A stretch of DNA of 63,727 bases, the filler included, from Collodictyon triciliatum (lineage: Eukaryota), in assembly GCA_043381765.1 (NCBI GenBank). It is 9 parts of 9 records of this genome, joined end to end, with 100 filler letters (N's around TTAATTAATTAA, not from the genome) between each part and the next. Parts side by side here need not be neighbours in the genome. Positions count along the whole stretch, not along the records: positions 60,827 to 63,727 come from JBHJMP010003835.1; 8 more parts are not named here. One strand, given 5' to 3'. Shown here piece after piece: positions 61,557 to 63,727 of this stretch (position 1 is its first letter; every line of letters starts with the position of its first letter). The position numbers were made by a program, and so were the translations under genes. The notes under the pieces are model-generated. The model was not told where the DNA came from, made no database searches, and saw only the letters and a list, made by a program, of their open reading frames with translations.

Positions 61557-63445
61557 TTATTGGATATTCAAGTCCCCGAGAGAGTCTATCGCATAAGTTG
61601 GCTGCAGAGTGGAGGATGCAAGAATCTCTGGTGTTGTCACGCCTGCAGAGTGCTTCGTTAGCAGGTAATAATGCGCTTTGTAGAACGCAAACACGAAAAC
61701 CAATCCTTCGTCCCAATAAATAAAGTTTGTCCGCATAAATGAGATAGAATTGATGGAAAAATGAATCAAAACAAATAAATCAAATGAAAAAAAAGTTCCG
61801 GTAAGGAACTTTGGACTCAAGAATGAGCACATTAACCCAGTTCCTTTTTTTTTTTTCCTATAAAAGAGACAGAACCCGTCATAACAAGAAGGGTGCTGAT
61901 TCCTCCGCGCGCACCAAAAGCGATGTCCGTATCCAGGCGGTCGCCAACCATCACAGTCTTTTCTCTGTCAAGCTTATGCCTACATTACAGGACAGCAAAT
62001 GGAAACATTATTAGTGAGAGAAAACGCGAGGACATTAAAAAGCACTCTTCACAGGACGTTTGCTGCGCTTTAGAGGAAGGAAAAGAAGAGAGAAAGGAAG
62101 CATGATATACACACATACACATCAATCAGAGCTTCTAGCATCCATTTTTCCGGTTTTCCAGTGGTAACTGGTTCAACACCACTCGAAGCAGCTACAGATG
62201 CGACGATGGAGCCGCCTCCTTTTAGGTTTGATTTTTTGTATACAAGAAGAGTGTTAAAATGTTGAAATGGCTTACTTGATGAATTATATTTTTCACACGA
62301 AAGAGTCGAATATGTGGTAGTTTCTGATTCTCTCTCTCTTTTTTGGATTACATTCCAAATGATGCATATACCAATCAATGTCCTTCCATCAGCAGGGAAT
62401 GTCAAATCACGATTTGTTGCAATGAAGGCACACTTTTGCGACTTGATGTAGCAGAACGCAGCGCAAAGTTTGTAGTAATTAACATATCGGTCGAGTCCGA
62501 CAACCACCGCGGTTACCTTAAAAATATTACATATAATGGACACGAATTTCTTTTCACATTTTTAAGTGAATTTTTATGTGGTAGCAAGTTGTGGGACACA
62601 CTTTTTTTTAATACAAAGACATCATATAATTTTCTATTAATTTTAAACATGGCCAAGAAAAAAAATTAAGCTTTTCTTTTCTAGTAACAGCTTATACTGC
62701 AAATTTGTCATAGTGTTACAAATAATAGATGGAGAAGAGCAAAATTAAAAAAAAACCTCAGGGTCAGGGACGAAGTCAGCGACATCTTGAGGGGTTTTGT
62801 TTACATCTTTGGTGACAGTACATATTAATTGATATGTCGTCAATGGGCTTCATAAGGTCACAAAAATACGAAAGCATGGAGGCCAGAGCGATTGGTCTGG
62901 TTTCATGTTCTTTTATGTACAGTATTTATCCATGGATATTTGTTCATACCATCCGGGCCACCACACCAGCGGATTCCCGCCTCCTCAAGTTCGTGACATA
63001 TTCCGGCCTCGCCAACAACATACACCTTGCCAGTAAAGCCTTGGCTCTTGAGATAGTAACTTGTCGCAAAAGCAGAGCCAAATACTTCATCCTACATTTC
63101 GTTCATGTGAATCAGAAAAAAGAAGCGAATCGATATTTAGATGAAGGCATTAGAAAAGTTTTGGTCTGAAAGCAGTTTTCGATTATCTCTTTCTTCTTTA
63201 ATTACCTTATTAGCTTGCAAATGCAGAGAATTGAGCTTTGAAACGTATGTTTCACGCCCTTTGGTGGCGTTATTGGTGACGAAAAACACTTTCTTTCCCT
63301 GTAAGATTGTCGGAAAATGAGAGCATTCCAGCAAAAGGAAAATGCGGATTTATGTATGCATCATAAGATTTACTTACTAATTTTCTTAGTTTTGCAAGCA
63401 CGTTATCGACATTAGGGACGAGTCTATCACCCAACCAGATCACTC
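61557..63445 (-). CDS. HAD class IIA phosphatase (phosphoglycolate/4-nitrophenyl phosphatase, Pho13-like); first exon missing
   Basis: GVIWLGD, GKKVFFVTNNATK, KVYVVGEAG, AVVVGLDR, FIATNRD, GKP, MVGDRLDTDIAFG and TLLVMTGVT. Confidence 0.93.
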
Positions 63446-63487
63446 CTACCAAACAGGAAATGCGCATTTAGATGCATATTGAAAAAA

Positions 63488-63727
63488 GAGAAGATAAAAG
63501 AGAAGATAAAAGAGAAGATAAAAGAGAAGACAAAAGAGAAGACAAAAGAGAAGACAAAAGAGAAGACAAAAGAGAAGACAAAAGAGAAGAAAAAGAAGAG
63601 AAGAAAAAGAAGAGAAGAAAAAGAAGAGAAGAAAAAGAAGAGAAGAAAAAGAAGAGAAAAAAAGAAGAGAAAAAAAGAAGAGAAAAAAAGAAGAGAAAAA
63701 AAGAGAAGAAAAAAAGAGAAGAAAAAA
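63488..63727. repeat. A/G-rich tandem repeats; comparable T/C tract at 53059-53345, (CT)n at 23521-23573, poly-A at 1-54 and poly-T at 29749-29843
   Basis: Seen directly. Confidence 0.9.

Overview
This is eukaryotic DNA, not prokaryotic: AT-rich, dense in introns and microsatellites, and most consistent with a protist (amoebozoan-like is inference only). TAA, TAG and TGA all serve as stops. The window is not one locus. It is 9 contigs of mostly about 7.7 kb, joined by identical 100-nt linkers (N44-TTAATTAATTAA-N44), so gene adjacency across linkers is meaningless. Hand-splicing recovers these genes: a flavin monooxygenase, a Frizzled/Smoothened-like GPCR, TCF25/Rqc1, a Sel1-repeat protein, Exo70, TMEM41B, the KDEL receptor, a Rab32/38-like GTPase, RBM28/Nop4, a RING-Bbox-Bbox-CC-NHL (TRIM-NHL-type) protein, a SAM methyltransferase, a HAD-IIA phosphatase, several orphan membrane proteins, and a giant intronless protein with a putative signal peptide, 21 WD40 repeats and a Cys-rich stalk. 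The most notable observations are: (1) a LINE-like family whose C-terminus carries a PCNA-binding PIP box and whose 3' tip occurs as 9-27 bp insertions with target-site duplications; (2) the apparently extracellular triple-WD40 protein; (3) two U12-type introns, one of them AT-AC; (4) full TRIM-NHL and Frizzled-type architectures in an apparent non-animal. All calls come from reading the sequence; no database searches were run.
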